Positions 63,237 to 64,000 of a stretch of 64,000 nt of DNA are shown here, piece after piece; position 1 is the first letter of the stretch, and each line of letters starts with the position of its first letter. A program made the translations under genes and the position numbers. The notes beneath the pieces are model-generated. The model saw only the letters and a list, made by a program, of their open reading frames with translations. It made no database searches and was not told where the DNA came from. The DNA comes from Trichosphaerium sp. ATCC 40318 (taxonomy: Eukaryota > Protista > Tubulinea): NCBI GenBank assembly GCA_038496445.1, contig JALMLS010000488.1, positions 266,627 through 330,626 of the forward strand, given 5' to 3'.

Positions 63237-64000
63237 TGAAAATTCTGTTGTTGTAGAGTACTTGTACATAGTAAAAAAAGAGTGGGTGCAAATTGTGCCT
63301 TTTACTTGACACTTTTCACACAAAAAGCGAAATGTAACTGTTGGTCAAAGTTGTTGTTTCAAAAGCTATCACAATTTTTACTTTACATGCGTTACAAATA
63401 TTAGTCTTGTAAGGCTAACTATTATCTGTTTTTGTCAGCGATTCAAAGTGTATTAGGTCTGGAAGAAAACATGTGATAGGTTCTGACACGTATTTGCAGA
63501 TAGATTGCGAAGTGTTTGCAAGTTTAATGTGATCATCAAAACAGCACCTCAACATCATTTTTAATAGATCTATGAGCGGTCGTGGGACGCAAGAAGACGC
63601 GAAAATGGAGCACAATGGAGTTGTATTCCCTGATGCATATGTTTCGGGAATTTGTTTCATAGAAAATGTAAAATTATACCAGACTGGCCTGTTTAGAGCT
63701 AAAAGACCCCAAAATCCGAATAATATCCAGAATATTGGGGACCTTTACTTATCCAACAATTATTCTATTTATTTGAAAACATGGATACGCATCTCCTTGT
63801 CTTTGTGCTTTTGTTTGTCTATTATACATTCTATCTGTAAACGGTCAAGTACCTGGTGCTGATTTCTGTTTTGATCTTTACGAAACCAAAAACAGCTTGT
63901 GATACAGACACTAGGTGTCATTGGTGCACGTACGTGACTTATTGAATAACTAAATAGCGTTACTCCTTTGTTTTTAACGAGTTATACAGACAAACAGAGC

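Noticed and set aside
63415-63862. Overlapping ORFs at the window end
   Set aside because: No recognisable domain and strand unresolved.
1-64000. CRISPR array, rRNA, endogenous giant virus, alternative genetic code or SECIS
   Set aside because: No repeat-spacer array, rRNA or viral core genes seen; TAA, TAG and TGA all end conserved genes; in-frame stops are explained by introns.

Overview
AT-rich (roughly 35-37% GC by eye), gene-dense, intron-rich eukaryotic nuclear DNA. Gene content (vacuolin-like SPFH, RGS, CH-PX-PH, GH128, F-box/LRR, W-repeat endonuclease-like) suggests a free-living protist, probably an amoebozoan (inference). About 29 protein genes can be reconstructed by hand across short introns, including DNA2, an AP-3 delta-like adaptin, ERdj3-like DnaJ, peptidyl-tRNA hydrolase, NSRP1, GST, RING, BTB, ankyrin and MORN-variant proteins. 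There is also one atypical tRNA and several repeats. The most striking observation is a spliced (6-intron) gene at 37030-38149 (-) encoding a single-chain H2B-H2A histone doublet, with the fusion junction inside one exon. This architecture is best known from giant viruses. Other notable items: a delta-adaptin whose ear is replaced by an RG-rich tail, three GC-AG introns and many AAG acceptors, strong CACGTG enrichment together with a bHLH-ZIP-like gene with a degenerate basic region, a duplicated structured element in an intron, a repeat family bracketing an F-box gene, and a DUF5678-like gene head-to-head with Pth. Exon models were built by eye, so some start codons are uncertain, and the assembly appears to contain homopolymer indels.
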